Assembly: GCA_963740315.1 (NCBI GenBank)
Contig: CAVUDP010000002.1
Coordinates: 2,016,001 to 2,080,000 of the forward strand
Source of the DNA: an uncultured cyanobacterium
Lineage (GTDB): Bacteria; Cyanobacteriota; Cyanobacteriia; Cyanobacteriales; Nostocaceae
Length of the DNA stretch: 64,000 bases
Direction of reading: 5' to 3'
Positions 1 through 12,319 of the stretch are shown here, one piece after another. Position numbers and translations under genes: made by a program. A model generated the notes under the pieces. That model saw only the letters and a list, made by a program, of their open reading frames with translations, did no database searches and was not told the DNA's origin. How positions within the stretch are numbered: position 1 is the stretch's first letter; the number at the start of each line of letters is the position of its first letter.

Positions 1-225
1 AACTACAACGCTAAATTCAAATTTTTTTGTTCTAAATACCTCCATACAGGACATGGGTATTATTATGGGCCAAAAGATAGTTGAGATGATAAACATTGCA
101 AAAGACAAAAATTTATCTTCTGGAGAGGAGCTAGGATGACGCAAAGTAAATCTCAACCAGTTAACGAAAAAATAGCAGGTCATCAATAAGTAACTGGCAA
201 CAAGAGCGAATTCAATCTTATTCAT
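1..225 (-). CDS. small membrane protein, runs off window edge (3' partial); not in supplied ORF track
   Basis: Minus-strand ATG at 225 preceded by AAGGAG. Open to position 1 as MNKIEFALVASYLLMTCYFFVNWLRFTLRHPSSSPEDKFLSFAMFIISTIFWPIIIP..., with two hydrophobic segments. Confidence 0.75.
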   Translation of the reverse strand, partial: MNKIEFALVASYLLMTCYFFVNWLRFTLRHPSSSPEDKFLSFAMFIISTIFWPIIIPMSCMEVFRTKKFEFSVVV

Positions 226-1158
226 CAAGGGTACTCCTTAACTATCTAAAATGACGGCAATACGAACGAATAATAGCAGCAATAAATAGTTATGACTACT
301 TATTTAAATGTGTTCTTAATAACAATTATCTTTTCAACCTCATTCTTCATTTGGATATTTTTATTCATATCTATGTTAGTAGAATTTTCAAAACCGATAA
401 ATCCGTGTTAACACTTAATTTTATATTTAAATAGAAACTTATAACTGTAAAAAAGTATTTTAATTAGCTATTAATGAAATTATTTCTATACAAATAAATA
501 CAAATTTATTCAATCAATCTATATTAAGATCGGCAGAAATGTTTATCAGCCTATGGTTTGATTCATTCTGCATCAATTATTACTATAAATTTTTAACTTT
601 TAAATATATTATTCTCATGTCACAATTACTACTTATACAAACAATAAAAAATCGTAATTAAAAATGTTAGATTTAAACAAAATATTTTTTTTAATAAAAT
701 AGAAATATTTATATCTTTAATCTAAGTTTATTTACGTAAGCTCTTATTATTTACATAATAAATAAAAATTTCAGCTATAGCCACCACTTCAGTTATTTAA
801 AATCTTTATAAGATACCTTATTTAAATTTAATCAAGTAAAAATTTTTACACATACTTACATTCAAACGATTGAGGATAATCTTACAAGCTCGAAAAATGC
901 TGTATAAAATTTAACATTAAGCAGGAATTATGAAAAACTTGAAATTAAAAATTATTAAAAAAAATTATGGTAAACTATAACGTTAAATTATCTCAAAAAT
1001 AGCTTTGAAAATAATAATGGAGAAGCACTTAAGCCCAACAAAGTATAAAATAGTAAACAGATTTTTTGTGGAAAACACCCCGATTTATCTGTCATACCGA
1101 TCGCTGCAACGAACTTGCGATCGTGACAGATCGCTAAGACAATATGTTGCGATATTTA

Positions 1159-1794
1159 CTATAATTCTTCACAACATGAATTGTTATTCTTTTTGATGTA
1201 ATGCTTAATAGCATCTAAGTCAAGAAAATAGTCAGCAACATCAATTAAAGATTCGTTAGTTATTGCTCGCAGGCTAACAAGTTCAACTCTCGCACCTTGA
1301 TAGGCTACAGCATTTACAGCATAAGTTAATTCTCCATCTCCACTTACCAAAATTGCTGTATCGTAGTAAGGGGCTAAGTTCATCATATCTACAGCAATTT
1401 CTACATGCTGATTTGATTTTCTCGAACCATCTGGAAGTTGAACTATTTCTTTAGTAACTACCCGATAGCCGTTTCTACGCATCCATAGTAGAAAACCCTG
1501 TTGCTTTTCGTTATGTTTATCTACTCCAGTATAGAAGAAAGCTCTTAATAATCTTGCCTCTCTAGTTAAATAGCAAAGCAATTTGGTATAGTCGATTTCA
1601 ATACCGAGTTGCAAAGCAGTATGAAACAAATTTGAACCATCAATAAAAATAGCAACTCTACCGCGATTAGAAGATACGGTTAGTGAAGAAGCTGCTTTAT
1701 TCATTGGTATCTGTGTTTCTTCATCTGTAAGAATAGTTTTCATATTTTGTTGCTTCTCAGGTTGTATTTGGGCGGTAAAATTTGTGATATTCAT
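1159..1794 (-). CDS. NYN domain protein (LabA/DUF88 family)
   Basis: AIFIDGSNLF, IAVDM and LVSGDG motifs of the PIN-like NYN/LabA family. True start may lie downstream. Confidence 0.85.
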   Translation of the reverse strand: MNITNFTAQIQPEKQQNMKTILTDEETQIPMNKAASSLTVSSNRGRVAIFIDGSNLFHTALQLGIEIDYTKLLCYLTREARLLRAFFYTGVDKHNEKQQGFLLWMRRNGYRVVTKEIVQLPDGSRKSNQHVEIAVDMMNLAPYYDTAILVSGDGELTYAVNAVAYQGARVELVSLRAITNESLIDVADYFLDLDAIKHYIKKNNNSCCEEL

Positions 1795-2769
1795 GAATTT
1801 TAAGATTGGTGAAGTTAAAAATTTAAAGCGATTAATACAATTCGTTTTATAAAATTAAATAAGTATTTATTCTATAAAACATATCTTTTGAAAGCTTGAG
1901 AGCAAAATAAGGGAGATTAATTGATATTCAAGCCAAATAAATTGTTAATGGGTTGTTTGAACGATAAGAAAGCATCTAAATTTATTGTAACGAAACTTTG
2001 ATTTAGTTCTGCATAACCTAAATTATTTTGACATTAATTGAAAAATATAACGATCGCAAATTATCAAAAACTTTATAAGTAAAGTAAAATCAGTCACGTT
2101 TTTGCAGAAAAAATCTACTTTTTCATATTTTTGCCGGATAATAATTGAATTATTTTGACAATAATTTCTGAGTAATTTATTACAGTTAATACATTTAAAC
2201 AATAACTAAAAAAAACCGAACGGATAATTCCTTGGCAAGATTTTATCTATGGAATCGTGTTTTAGTAAACTAGTACACAAACAATCAATACTTATCTTAA
2301 GAATTATCTTTCTGAATGTATTTTTTTTTTAGTTTAACAGTTTAATCTACGTAATTATATTTATAATATAATTGACTGTATTCGGATAGCAGTTATGTTT
2401 AAATTTTAGTTAAATACATTAAGAAGAGCGAAAAAGACATACATTTATTCTAAATGCTTTGTTTTTATTTCGATAGTCCAAATTACTGCTTTAATTATCT
2501 AAAACTTCCCAATTATACAAAGGTAAGATGTAATTGGAATGTAAACTATATTGCATAATTATTTATATTTAGATTAATTTACTTTCTCTCGTTAGGGTAT
2601 GTTTTTTTACTCATATCCCGTACCATTCTGCGATCGCTAAGATACCGAATTTATGCAGAGCTTGTTGAAATGGAGTAGTTTAAATATTTTGTCAGATAAA
2701 ACACATTTTTAACCTCTTCTTAAATAGTAGAAGAGGTTTGAATATAGTTTATTATTTGTTTTAAAAGAA

Positions 2770-3237
2770 TTACTTAGCAATTGCTTTCATTGATAGGATG
2801 CGGAGTTCTTCGCGTACAGTCATTAAAATGTGTCCGAGATGGTTTTGTCCGGTTTTATTTGCACCGCAACCCCAGAAATAATCGTTTGGTGAATTTTCTA
2901 CCAGCAACTCATCGCCAGTAGAAAGCAGAATTTCTCCGATATCCCGGTGAGCCAAAAACTTTTTGAATACTGCTTCTCGCATAACTTGGGTTTTCACCAC
3001 CTCCCAATCGGAACGCAGACAGCGTGTAGAACATCTTCCTAAAGCAGCAGCTTCTTCTGGAGTCGAAGCAGCATGAATCACGGGTATAATTTCCTCATCC
3101 GGACTTCCTGCAAACTTTTGGGCTTGGTAATAATGCTCTACTGTTGACCAGTAAATATTATTCATTTCAATGGAATGGAGAGAAAAGTTAGAAAAACAAC
3201 CGTAGGGTTGCCAAACTTTGTAAAAATAAATAGTCAT
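2770..3237 (-). CDS. NADAR family protein (YbiA-like N-glycosidase)
   Basis: FSNF, WSTVEHYYQAQKF, LVENSPNDYFWG and GQNHLG motifs. Confidence 0.9.
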   Translation of the reverse strand: MTIYFYKVWQPYGCFSNFSLHSIEMNNIYWSTVEHYYQAQKFAGSPDEEIIPVIHAASTPEEAAALGRCSTRCLRSDWEVVKTQVMREAVFKKFLAHRDIGEILLSTGDELLVENSPNDYFWGCGANKTGQNHLGHILMTVREELRILSMKAIAK

Positions 3238-3398
3238 ATGAAAACAGCTGTTTTATACACCAACTTCTATGATGCCTGTTGATGTTAGCAGCTTGCTTGT
3301 TAAATTAAAATTTATTCTTTTTCTACAACCTCCAGAGAGAAGTTTTTTCTTTGAGTAAAGCTTTACGGTAAAGATTAAACGACTATAGGTTATACATT

Positions 3399-3887
3399 AT
3401 GGAATCACCACATACAAACCAACGTACACCGCTAATTTTAGCCGGAATATGTCTGGGTATAGGTTTTGGAGGGTTTTTTGATGGTATTGTGCTGCATCAA
3501 ATCCTCCAATGGCATCATATGTTAAGTAACGTAAAGCCGCTTACAAATCGCTCCAACATAGATTTAAATGTACTTGCCGATGGTTTCTTTCACGTATTTG
3601 ATTTCTTTATGACGTTGTTAGGAATTGTCTTATTATGGCAAGCAGCAAAGCGATCGGACGTTACTTGGTCTTCCAAAACCTTTTTTGGTTCAATTTTGAT
3701 CGGTATTGGTTTATTTGATTTTATTGAAGGAATAATTGACCATCAAATTCTCGCAGTACATCACGTCAAACCAGGACCGAATGAATTTGCTTGGGATATG
3801 GGTTTCTTAGCACTTGGCCTACTTCTTGCATTAATTGGCTGGTTGATGCTACAACAACAAAGCGACAAATCAACTGTAAATAATTAA
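3399..3887 (+). CDS. DUF2243 family membrane protein
   Basis: GFFDGIVLHQILQWHHM, DGFFH and EGIIDHQILAVHHV motifs; four hydrophobic helices. Confidence 0.85.
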   Translation: MESPHTNQRTPLILAGICLGIGFGGFFDGIVLHQILQWHHMLSNVKPLTNRSNIDLNVLADGFFHVFDFFMTLLGIVLLWQAAKRSDVTWSSKTFFGSILIGIGLFDFIEGIIDHQILAVHHVKPGPNEFAWDMGFLALGLLLALIGWLMLQQQSDKSTVNN

Positions 3888-3955
3888 GTAATAAGGTTAA
3901 AAGGTGAAGTATAAATGTTTATAATTTATCCTTCATCCTTTCCTTTCCCCTATAT

Positions 3956-4597
3956 ATGGCTAAAGGTGAGTTTCAAAAAACGAGTTCAGATTGGCAGGCT
4001 TCTCTATTTCAGCAAAAAATAGGAGAAAGCTTTGAATATCAGCAAAAAAGATTTTTTGATTGGATAGAATCCATATTCGCTCCTTTTCAAAATATTTTGC
4101 CCGATATATCTCCCAAATGGGCTTTAAACAAGCAATTTTTAGAAGTCTTAAAAATATTATTTTGGTTGGCTCTGGGTTTATTTTTAGCTTGGATAGCCTT
4201 ACAACTGTGGCGAGAATTTCGACCTTATATTTATACCTGGTGGAATAAAAACAACCAAGGTGCAAAAGACGCAAATGCAGCCGAAACCCAGTTATCAAGC
4301 AGTACGGCGCTTAAGCGATCGCAAGAATTATATCGTCAGGGAAATTACCGCGAAGCTTGTCGCCTTATTTACCTATCAACATTACAGTACCTGCATGAAA
4401 AAGAAATTCTCCCCCACAAACGCAGTCGTACCGATGGAGAATATCTGCAATTACTAGAATTATCAGCAAATTCCATGCAACCTTACGAAACTCTCATAAC
4501 CACTCACGAGCAATTATGTTTTGACGATGCGGAAATCGTCTCAGATAATTACGAACAATGTCAACAAGCACATAGTTTGATAGTTGGTAATTCTTAA
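3956..4597 (+). CDS. DUF4129 domain membrane protein
   Basis: TM helix, then GNYREACRLIYL...RTDGEYL; sits upstream of DUF4350/MoxR. Confidence 0.75.
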   Translation: MAKGEFQKTSSDWQASLFQQKIGESFEYQQKRFFDWIESIFAPFQNILPDISPKWALNKQFLEVLKILFWLALGLFLAWIALQLWREFRPYIYTWWNKNNQGAKDANAAETQLSSSTALKRSQELYRQGNYREACRLIYLSTLQYLHEKEILPHKRSRTDGEYLQLLELSANSMQPYETLITTHEQLCFDDAEIVSDNYEQCQQAHSLIVGNS

Positions 4598-4619
4598 TTA
4601 GGGAGAGGGGGGAAGGAAA

Positions 4620-4815
4620 GATGGGGAGATGGGGAGATGGGGAGATGGGGAGAAACAATTAATTCCTAACTGGTAACTGGTAACTGTTCACTGCTCACTG
4701 TTCACTGTTCACTGGTAACTGCTAACTGCTCACTGCTCACTGTTCACTGATAACTGTTCACTGTTCACTGATAACTGCTAACTGCTCACTGTTCACTGTT
4801 CACTGCTAACTGCTA
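4620..4815. repeat. STRR arrays (GATGGGGA)n and (CACTGTT/AACTGCT)n
   Basis: 8-mer and 7-mer tandem repeats read directly; typical of heterocystous cyanobacteria. Confidence 0.9.
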
Positions 4816-5973
4816 ATGAAAAGACCAAAACGCCCTATCTTAATAGGATTGATAGTATTAGGAGCAATAATTTTAATTACTTTTATTGCCGCTCCTAATA
4901 ATAGTAAAATTATTACTGGTTCTACCTATAATCGCGCTCCGGCTGGCTACGGTGCTTGGTATGCTTTTATGCAACAGCAGGATGTGAAAATAGTGCGTTG
5001 GCAAAAGCCTTTTGAATATTTTCAAGATGAAAAATCTCCCGTTACACTTTTACAAGTAAATGGAAAGCTACAAAGTTCATTTCTTGATTATCAAAAAGAA
5101 GAATGGGTAAAAGCTGGTAATACTTTGATAATTTTAGGCGTTCATCAACCCGTAACACAAGCTGAATTTACATCAAACTTAGAATCTGATGCGGGAAATG
5201 TGAAAATTGAAACGCGACGACGACACGAATTAAATAAAAATGAAAATCAAAATCAAAATCAAAACGAAGTAGCTTCTTTAAAAGATAATTTTGGTGCTGT
5301 TGTTTGGCAACAAAAAATAGGTAAAGGCAAGGTGATTTACTCTACTACTCCTTTTATCGCCGCAAATGCTTATCAAGATAATTTGAATAACTTTCGTTAT
5401 TTAGCTAATTTAGTCAAACAAGATAAAAACACAATATATGTAGATGAATATATTCACGGTTACAAAGACGCTAAAGTTAGAGAAGCCGAAGGTAAAGGAA
5501 ATTTATTTAGTTATCTTGCTCAAACTCCTTTGTTTCCAGCCTTAATCCAGGTAGGATTTCTACTTTTAGTAGTAATTTGGTCGCAAAATCGCCGTTTTGG
5601 TAAGCCAACTAGTTTAAAAACAAAAGTTGTAGATAATAGTGAAGAATACATTCAAGCTTTAGCACAAGTTTTAGAAAAAGCTGATTGTAACGACTTTGTA
5701 GTTGAGGCGATCGGTAAACAAGAGCAATTACGATTACAAAAAAGTTTATTCTTAGGACAACAATTACTTGATAAGCAAACAGTAATCAATGCTTGGTTGG
5801 AGCAAATTAAATCGGATACCACCCAACTTAACGAAGTATTGAGCATACAGGAGCGAAACAATCGCATCAGCGAACGACAACTGTTAAGCTGGTTGGAAAA
5901 ATGGCAATCTTTACATCAAGAAGTAGAAAAATTAAGAAATAGGAAAGTAGCGGATATTAAACAAAATACTTAA
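4816..5973 (+). CDS. DUF4350 domain protein
   Basis: N-terminal TM, GSTYNRAPAGYGAW, VDEYIHG, second TM followed by RRFGKP. Confidence 0.8.
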   Translation: MKRPKRPILIGLIVLGAIILITFIAAPNNSKIITGSTYNRAPAGYGAWYAFMQQQDVKIVRWQKPFEYFQDEKSPVTLLQVNGKLQSSFLDYQKEEWVKAGNTLIILGVHQPVTQAEFTSNLESDAGNVKIETRRRHELNKNENQNQNQNEVASLKDNFGAVVWQQKIGKGKVIYSTTPFIAANAYQDNLNNFRYLANLVKQDKNTIYVDEYIHGYKDAKVREAEGKGNLFSYLAQTPLFPALIQVGFLLLVVIWSQNRRFGKPTSLKTKVVDNSEEYIQALAQVLEKADCNDFVVEAIGKQEQLRLQKSLFLGQQLLDKQTVINAWLEQIKSDTTQLNEVLSIQERNNRISERQLLSWLEKWQSLHQEVEKLRNRKVADIKQNT

Positions 5974-6060
5974 AATTAATAATTGAAATCTGCAATTTGA
6001 AATAAAATATCTACTTGCATCCATGTGTCTGCGATTTGCCCAAATTACTATTAGCAACCT

Positions 6061-7011
6061 ATGAGTAAAATCAAACCTGTAATTACTAACCTTGCCGCAT
6101 CCCTGAATAAAGTAGTTGTGGGACAATCTACCTTAGTAAATCAATTACTTGTAGCATTTCTAGCTGGCGGACATATTATATTGGAAGGAGTACCGGGAAC
6201 AGGAAAAACGCTGCTGGTGAAAGTAATGGCGCAGTTAATTCAAGCAGAATTTCGCCGCATTCAATTAACGCCAGATGTATTACCAGCAGATATTACGGGT
6301 ACGAATATTTTTGATTTAAATACTCGCAGTTTCAGCTTAAAAAAAGGACCAATATTTACTCAAGTATTATTAGCAGACGAAATTAACCGCACTCCTCCCA
6401 AAACACAAGCGGCTTTATTGGAAGCAATGGAAGAATTACAGGTAACTTTGGATGGCGAAAGTTTACCTTTACCAGAATTATTTTGGGTAATTGCCACGCA
6501 AAACCCTTTAGAATTTGAAGGAACTTACCCTTTACCAGAAGCGCAGTTAGACAGATTTTTATTTAAATTAGTAGTCGATTATCCCGATGCAGCATCAGAA
6601 AAACAAATGTTGCTCAATCGTCAAGCGGGATTCTCAGCCAGACGCACGGATATTGCCAATATAAAACCCGTAGCGATGGTAGAAGAAATTATTGAATTAA
6701 GGGAAGCGGTAAAACAAGTTAAAGTAACCGAAGCGATTATTGATTATATTTTGGCATTGGTAAGAGCATCGCGAGAAAATCCCGATTTAGCATTAGGTGC
6801 ATCGCCTCGCGCCGCTAATGCGTGGTTTGTCACATCTCAAGCGATGGCTTATTTAGCGGGAAGAGATTTCGTTACCCCCGATGACGTAAAAGCGATCGCA
6901 CCTCCTTTGTTACGACATCGGTTTATTTTGAAACCGGAAGCAATGTTAGATGGTTTAGAAATGGATGCGGTAATTGCTTCAATACTTAATAAAGTTCCAG
7001 TGCCAAGATGA
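6061..7011 (+). CDS. MoxR family AAA+ ATPase
   Basis: Walker A GVPGTGKT, RIQLTPD, LLADEINR, ATQNPLEFEGTYPLPEAQLDRF, GASPR. Confidence 0.95.
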   Translation: MSKIKPVITNLAASLNKVVVGQSTLVNQLLVAFLAGGHIILEGVPGTGKTLLVKVMAQLIQAEFRRIQLTPDVLPADITGTNIFDLNTRSFSLKKGPIFTQVLLADEINRTPPKTQAALLEAMEELQVTLDGESLPLPELFWVIATQNPLEFEGTYPLPEAQLDRFLFKLVVDYPDAASEKQMLLNRQAGFSARRTDIANIKPVAMVEEIIELREAVKQVKVTEAIIDYILALVRASRENPDLALGASPRAANAWFVTSQAMAYLAGRDFVTPDDVKAIAPPLLRHRFILKPEAMLDGLEMDAVIASILNKVPVPR

Positions 7012-7137
7012 AAAATCAAATAATTGTAGGGTGTGTTACGGCTTGGGTATTTACTAATAAAGGTTATAAATTAAAAATGCCGTTACGCACCATCCGGAAT
7101 TGATGGATTAAATTCTCGTTGGGAATGAAAATGCGCG

Positions 7138-7163
7138 GAGACGTTGCAATGCAACGTCTCTAC
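7138..7163. repeat. REP-like palindrome GAGACGTTGCA-A-TGCAACGTCTCTAC
   Basis: Perfect hairpin. Related copies at 32312, 47139, 48125 and 51049. Confidence 0.85.
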
Positions 7164-7234
7164 ATTATTTATTTTTATGTTTTAAATAATTTTTTGATGA
7201 GTTACGATTGTAACGGTTATAAAAATATCAAATA

Positions 7235-7744
7235 ATGATCAATATTTTACCTACCGAAGAGTTTACAATCACAACTCATCTCAGACCCGATAGAGTTGCA
7301 GATAAATTATTAAATCATGTAGAACCGTATAAATCGGTTAGATTTATTTTTCCTTTTTCTTCACCACCCGATAAACCTTATGAAGGTAAAGTAGAAAATG
7401 GTTCTTTCCAAATGCACAAAATTTATAGAGGCGGTAGAAATCTCATACCTATCATTGAAGGAAAGATAATTCCTCAAGATAGAGGAAGTCTTATAGAAGT
7501 CAAGATTAAGCCAGGTGATGCTTCAAATCTAATGATTTTATTACCACTTTTAATCATTGTATCTTCAATTATAGTGTTGCTTGTGATTTTTTTGTTGAGC
7601 ATTAATAATGGTGCAAGGAGTTTTCCGACATATTATTTTATCTATCCTTTATGGATGGGATTAGGCTGTTTTATTGTCATCATAAATTTTAAGTCGCAGG
7701 TAAAAAAAGAGAAAAAGTTTTTGTTAAAAATATTACAATATTAA
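7235..7744 (+). CDS. hypothetical membrane protein
   Basis: 169-aa ORF with two C-terminal TM helices; AT-rich. Confidence 0.7.
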   Translation: MINILPTEEFTITTHLRPDRVADKLLNHVEPYKSVRFIFPFSSPPDKPYEGKVENGSFQMHKIYRGGRNLIPIIEGKIIPQDRGSLIEVKIKPGDASNLMILLPLLIIVSSIIVLLVIFLLSINNGARSFPTYYFIYPLWMGLGCFIVIINFKSQVKKEKKFLLKILQY

Positions 7745-7773
7745 TTAAAATAAATATAAATAAATATTAAACT

Positions 7774-9099
7774 ATGATTCCTTCCAAACGCAGTTACTTT
7801 TTATTAATATTAGGGATTATCATCGCCCCAATTCTATCGATTTTTATCGGCATTCCTAGAAGTATTGCTGTTATTTTAATCTTTGATGCAGTAATACTAT
7901 TATTAATGTTTGTGGATAGTTGGCAAGTACGAAATAATCGCGTTGAAATTACTCGCGAAGTACCCCCAAGACTTTCAATTGGCAGAGATAACCCCGTACA
8001 GCTAACGGTAAAATCGCAAAAATCCCCAGCTATTGTCGAAGTTTGCGACTATTACCCCAGCGGATTTGGCGCATCTGCTGCTATCCGCGCTGTCATTCCC
8101 AGAAATAGCAGCCAAGAATTAAAATATACAGTCCATCCCACGCAACGAGGAGAATTTGCTTGGGGAGATATCCAGGTACGTCAACTCGGTGCTTGGGGGT
8201 TAGCGTGGAATAACTGCAAGATTCCTCAAAGCTTCAAAATCAAAGTTTATCCAGATTTAATGGGATTGCGATCGCTATCTATTCGCTTGACATTAAAATC
8301 ATCTGGCTCGCTGCGTAAACTTCGTCAAATGGGTATTGGTACCGAATTTGCTGAATTGCGAAACTACCGCACCGGCGATGATTTACGCTTTATTGACTGG
8401 AAAGCCACCGCACGTCGGGCTACCGGGTACGGTAATTCACCATTAGTAAGAGTGTTAGAACCCGAACAAGAGCAAACTTTAATGATTTTGCTCGATAGAG
8501 GGCGCTTAATGACGGCGAGAGTACAGAATTTGCAGCGATTTGACTGGGGTTTGAATGCGACTTTAGCTTTAGCCTTAGCGGGATTGCATCGAGGAGATAA
8601 AGTAGGCGTTGGTGTATTCGATCGCCAAATACATACGTGGATTCCCCCAGAACGCGGTCAACATCGTTTAAATAATTTAATCGATCGATTAACGCCAATT
8701 CAACCAGTTTTGATGGAATCGGATTATTTAAGTGCGGTAACGAAAGTTGTACAGCAGCAAACTAGGCGCTGTCTGGTAGTTTTAATCACAGACATAATAG
8801 ACGTTACCGCTTCCACCGAACTTTTAGGCGCACTTACCAGATTATCACCTCGTTACTTACCATTTTGCGTAACATTGCGCGACCCGAAAGTAGATAATTT
8901 AGCACATACCGATTCAATCGAAAAAGGGGTTACAGGTGCTTACAACCGTGCGGTAGCTTTAGATTTATTGTCACAACGACAAGTTGCATTTGCTCAACTC
9001 AAACAAAAAGGCGTACTGGTACTCGATGCACCAGCCAATCAAATTACAGATAAGTTAGTCGATCGCTATTTGCAGTTGAAAGCCAGAAATCAAATTTAA
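7774..9099 (+). CDS. DUF58 (vWA-like) protein of MoxR operon
   Basis: GTEFAELRNYRTGDDLRFIDWKATAR and LLDRGRLM motifs; two N-terminal TMs. Confidence 0.9.
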   Translation: MIPSKRSYFLLILGIIIAPILSIFIGIPRSIAVILIFDAVILLLMFVDSWQVRNNRVEITREVPPRLSIGRDNPVQLTVKSQKSPAIVEVCDYYPSGFGASAAIRAVIPRNSSQELKYTVHPTQRGEFAWGDIQVRQLGAWGLAWNNCKIPQSFKIKVYPDLMGLRSLSIRLTLKSSGSLRKLRQMGIGTEFAELRNYRTGDDLRFIDWKATARRATGYGNSPLVRVLEPEQEQTLMILLDRGRLMTARVQNLQRFDWGLNATLALALAGLHRGDKVGVGVFDRQIHTWIPPERGQHRLNNLIDRLTPIQPVLMESDYLSAVTKVVQQQTRRCLVVLITDIIDVTASTELLGALTRLSPRYLPFCVTLRDPKVDNLAHTDSIEKGVTGAYNRAVALDLLSQRQVAFAQLKQKGVLVLDAPANQITDKLVDRYLQLKARNQI

Positions 9100-9139
9100 T
9101 AAATTGGGCATGAGGTATTTTTCCAGCGTCAAGGACATT

Positions 9140-9337
9140 ATGAAAACTATTTCTAAAAGTAAACTTAAAAGCAAACTGCTATTTTTGCGTTTTGTAGAGT
9201 CAGGAGGAAAGCCAGTGGTAAGAATTTCCAGATATGGCAATTCACAGTCAACAGAAGAGTTATTTGGACAAATGCGCGGCAAAGTAAAATATTTTGAGGA
9301 TTTAACTACTCCAACCCAGGAATGGGGGGAATTGTGA
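9140..9337 (+). pseudogene. probable degenerate Phd/YefM-type antitoxin without toxin
   Basis: ATG 9140 after AAGGA. MKTISKSKLKSKL...GKPVVRIS...FGQMRGKV...EDLTTP resembles Phd antitoxins but lacks the central 'EEI.VTDR' strand. Confidence 0.5.
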
Positions 9338-9400
9338 AGAGAGCGGAAGGAGCAGAGAAAGAAAATAATTTCTTATCAATGCCCCATGCCCAATTCTAAT

Positions 9401-10480
9401 TCACGCTTTTAGCATTTTTCGCCAAACGGCAAAGGCTAAAAGCATAACAATTGTGAAAGTTGTAGCAAAAATTACTATCGGAGTCATTCCTCGGATGCTC
9501 ATTCCCAACCAGTTGCAAGCTAAAGTTATCGACCACAGGATAAGCGCTGCACGTCGTTGAGATAAACCCCAAGCTAACAAACGATGGTGTAAATGGTCTT
9601 TTCCTGGCGTGCTAAGGGGATTTTTACCAGCTGCTAAACGCCGTACAAAAACTTGGGTAGTGTCTAGTACGGGCAGTAGAAGAAATGCCACCGGGGGTAA
9701 TACAGATAACACTGTAGTTATTTGTAATTCACCTAAAATACTTGTAGCAGCTAATACATAGCCGAAGAAATATGCTCCCGCATCACCCATAATAATTTTT
9801 GAGGGATGGAAGTTATGGCGCAGAAAGCCCAGTGCGGAACCACCTAAAGCTGCTAAAACTAAAGTTGCTGCCGCACGGTTGGGAAACTGTGCGGAAACTG
9901 CTAACAAGCTCATGGCAGTGATAAAGCTAACTCCTCCCGCCAAACCATCCATACCGTCCATTAAGTTAATCGCATTGGTAATTCCTACTACCCAAACTAC
10001 TGTCAGTAATGTTGACAGCGTAGAATCTACGGGAGTACCAAAAGTTAAATCAAAACCAATATCGTTAGCAACTAGTAAAAGCGCTGTCAGAATTTGCACC
10101 AATAATCGGAAAGAAGCAGGTAAGCCATATTGGTCGTCAATGAAACCTACCAAAACTAATATGGAGCCGCCCAGCAACACGGTTAAAACCTGTGCTAATA
10201 CATTTTCTAATTCAATCGGTCGTAATAAACTAGCAAGGGTAACAGCGGCAATTACTCCTGCATAAATTGCTAATCCTCCCGCATTCGGTAAAGGTTCTTG
10301 GTTCAAACGCCTTGCATTTGGCTGATCTGCCCAACCTACGCGCAAAGCAAATTTACGAATTTTAGGGATTAAACTCCAGGTGACAACCAAAGCTAATAAA
10401 AACGTAAACACGACTGCCAACCAGCCGGAACCGCTAGGGTTGGCAATACCGAGAGATTCAAGGGAACTGTATATATTCAT
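9401..10480 (-). CDS. MraY/WecA-family polyprenyl-phosphate GlcNAc-1-phosphate transferase (glycosyltransferase family 4)
   Basis: GFIDD, NAINLMDGMDGL, IMGDAG and DHLHHRL motifs; multiple TMs. Confidence 0.9.
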   Translation of the reverse strand: MNIYSSLESLGIANPSGSGWLAVVFTFLLALVVTWSLIPKIRKFALRVGWADQPNARRLNQEPLPNAGGLAIYAGVIAAVTLASLLRPIELENVLAQVLTVLLGGSILVLVGFIDDQYGLPASFRLLVQILTALLLVANDIGFDLTFGTPVDSTLSTLLTVVWVVGITNAINLMDGMDGLAGGVSFITAMSLLAVSAQFPNRAAATLVLAALGGSALGFLRHNFHPSKIIMGDAGAYFFGYVLAATSILGELQITTVLSVLPPVAFLLLPVLDTTQVFVRRLAAGKNPLSTPGKDHLHHRLLAWGLSQRRAALILWSITLACNWLGMSIRGMTPIVIFATTFTIVMLLAFAVWRKMLKA

Positions 10481-10578
10481 CTCCCGATTCCTTCATTTCT
10501 GCCAGTATCCTACATGAGCATCAACTGTATATTAATCATTTTTGTTCCAAATATCTGTAATCTGCACAGCTTCGATTG

Positions 10579-10605
10579 TTAGCACTCTGCCTTCTAGAGT
10601 GCTAA
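10579..10605 (+). promoter_or_regulatory. CIRCE element (HrcA operator)
   Basis: Exact TTAGCACTC-N9-GAGTGCTAA ending 33 nt upstream of the groEL ATG. Confidence 0.97.
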
Positions 10606-12315
<1,710 letters not shown>

Positions 12316-12319
12316 TTTA

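Noticed and set aside
1005..1196. 63-aa plus-strand ORF
   Set aside because: TTG start, no recognisable motif, overlaps the NYN gene end.
1159..3237. NYN + NADAR as a defence or toxin-antitoxin pair
   Set aside because: About 1 kb apart, no DarT-like toxin, and both look like ordinary stand-alone family members.
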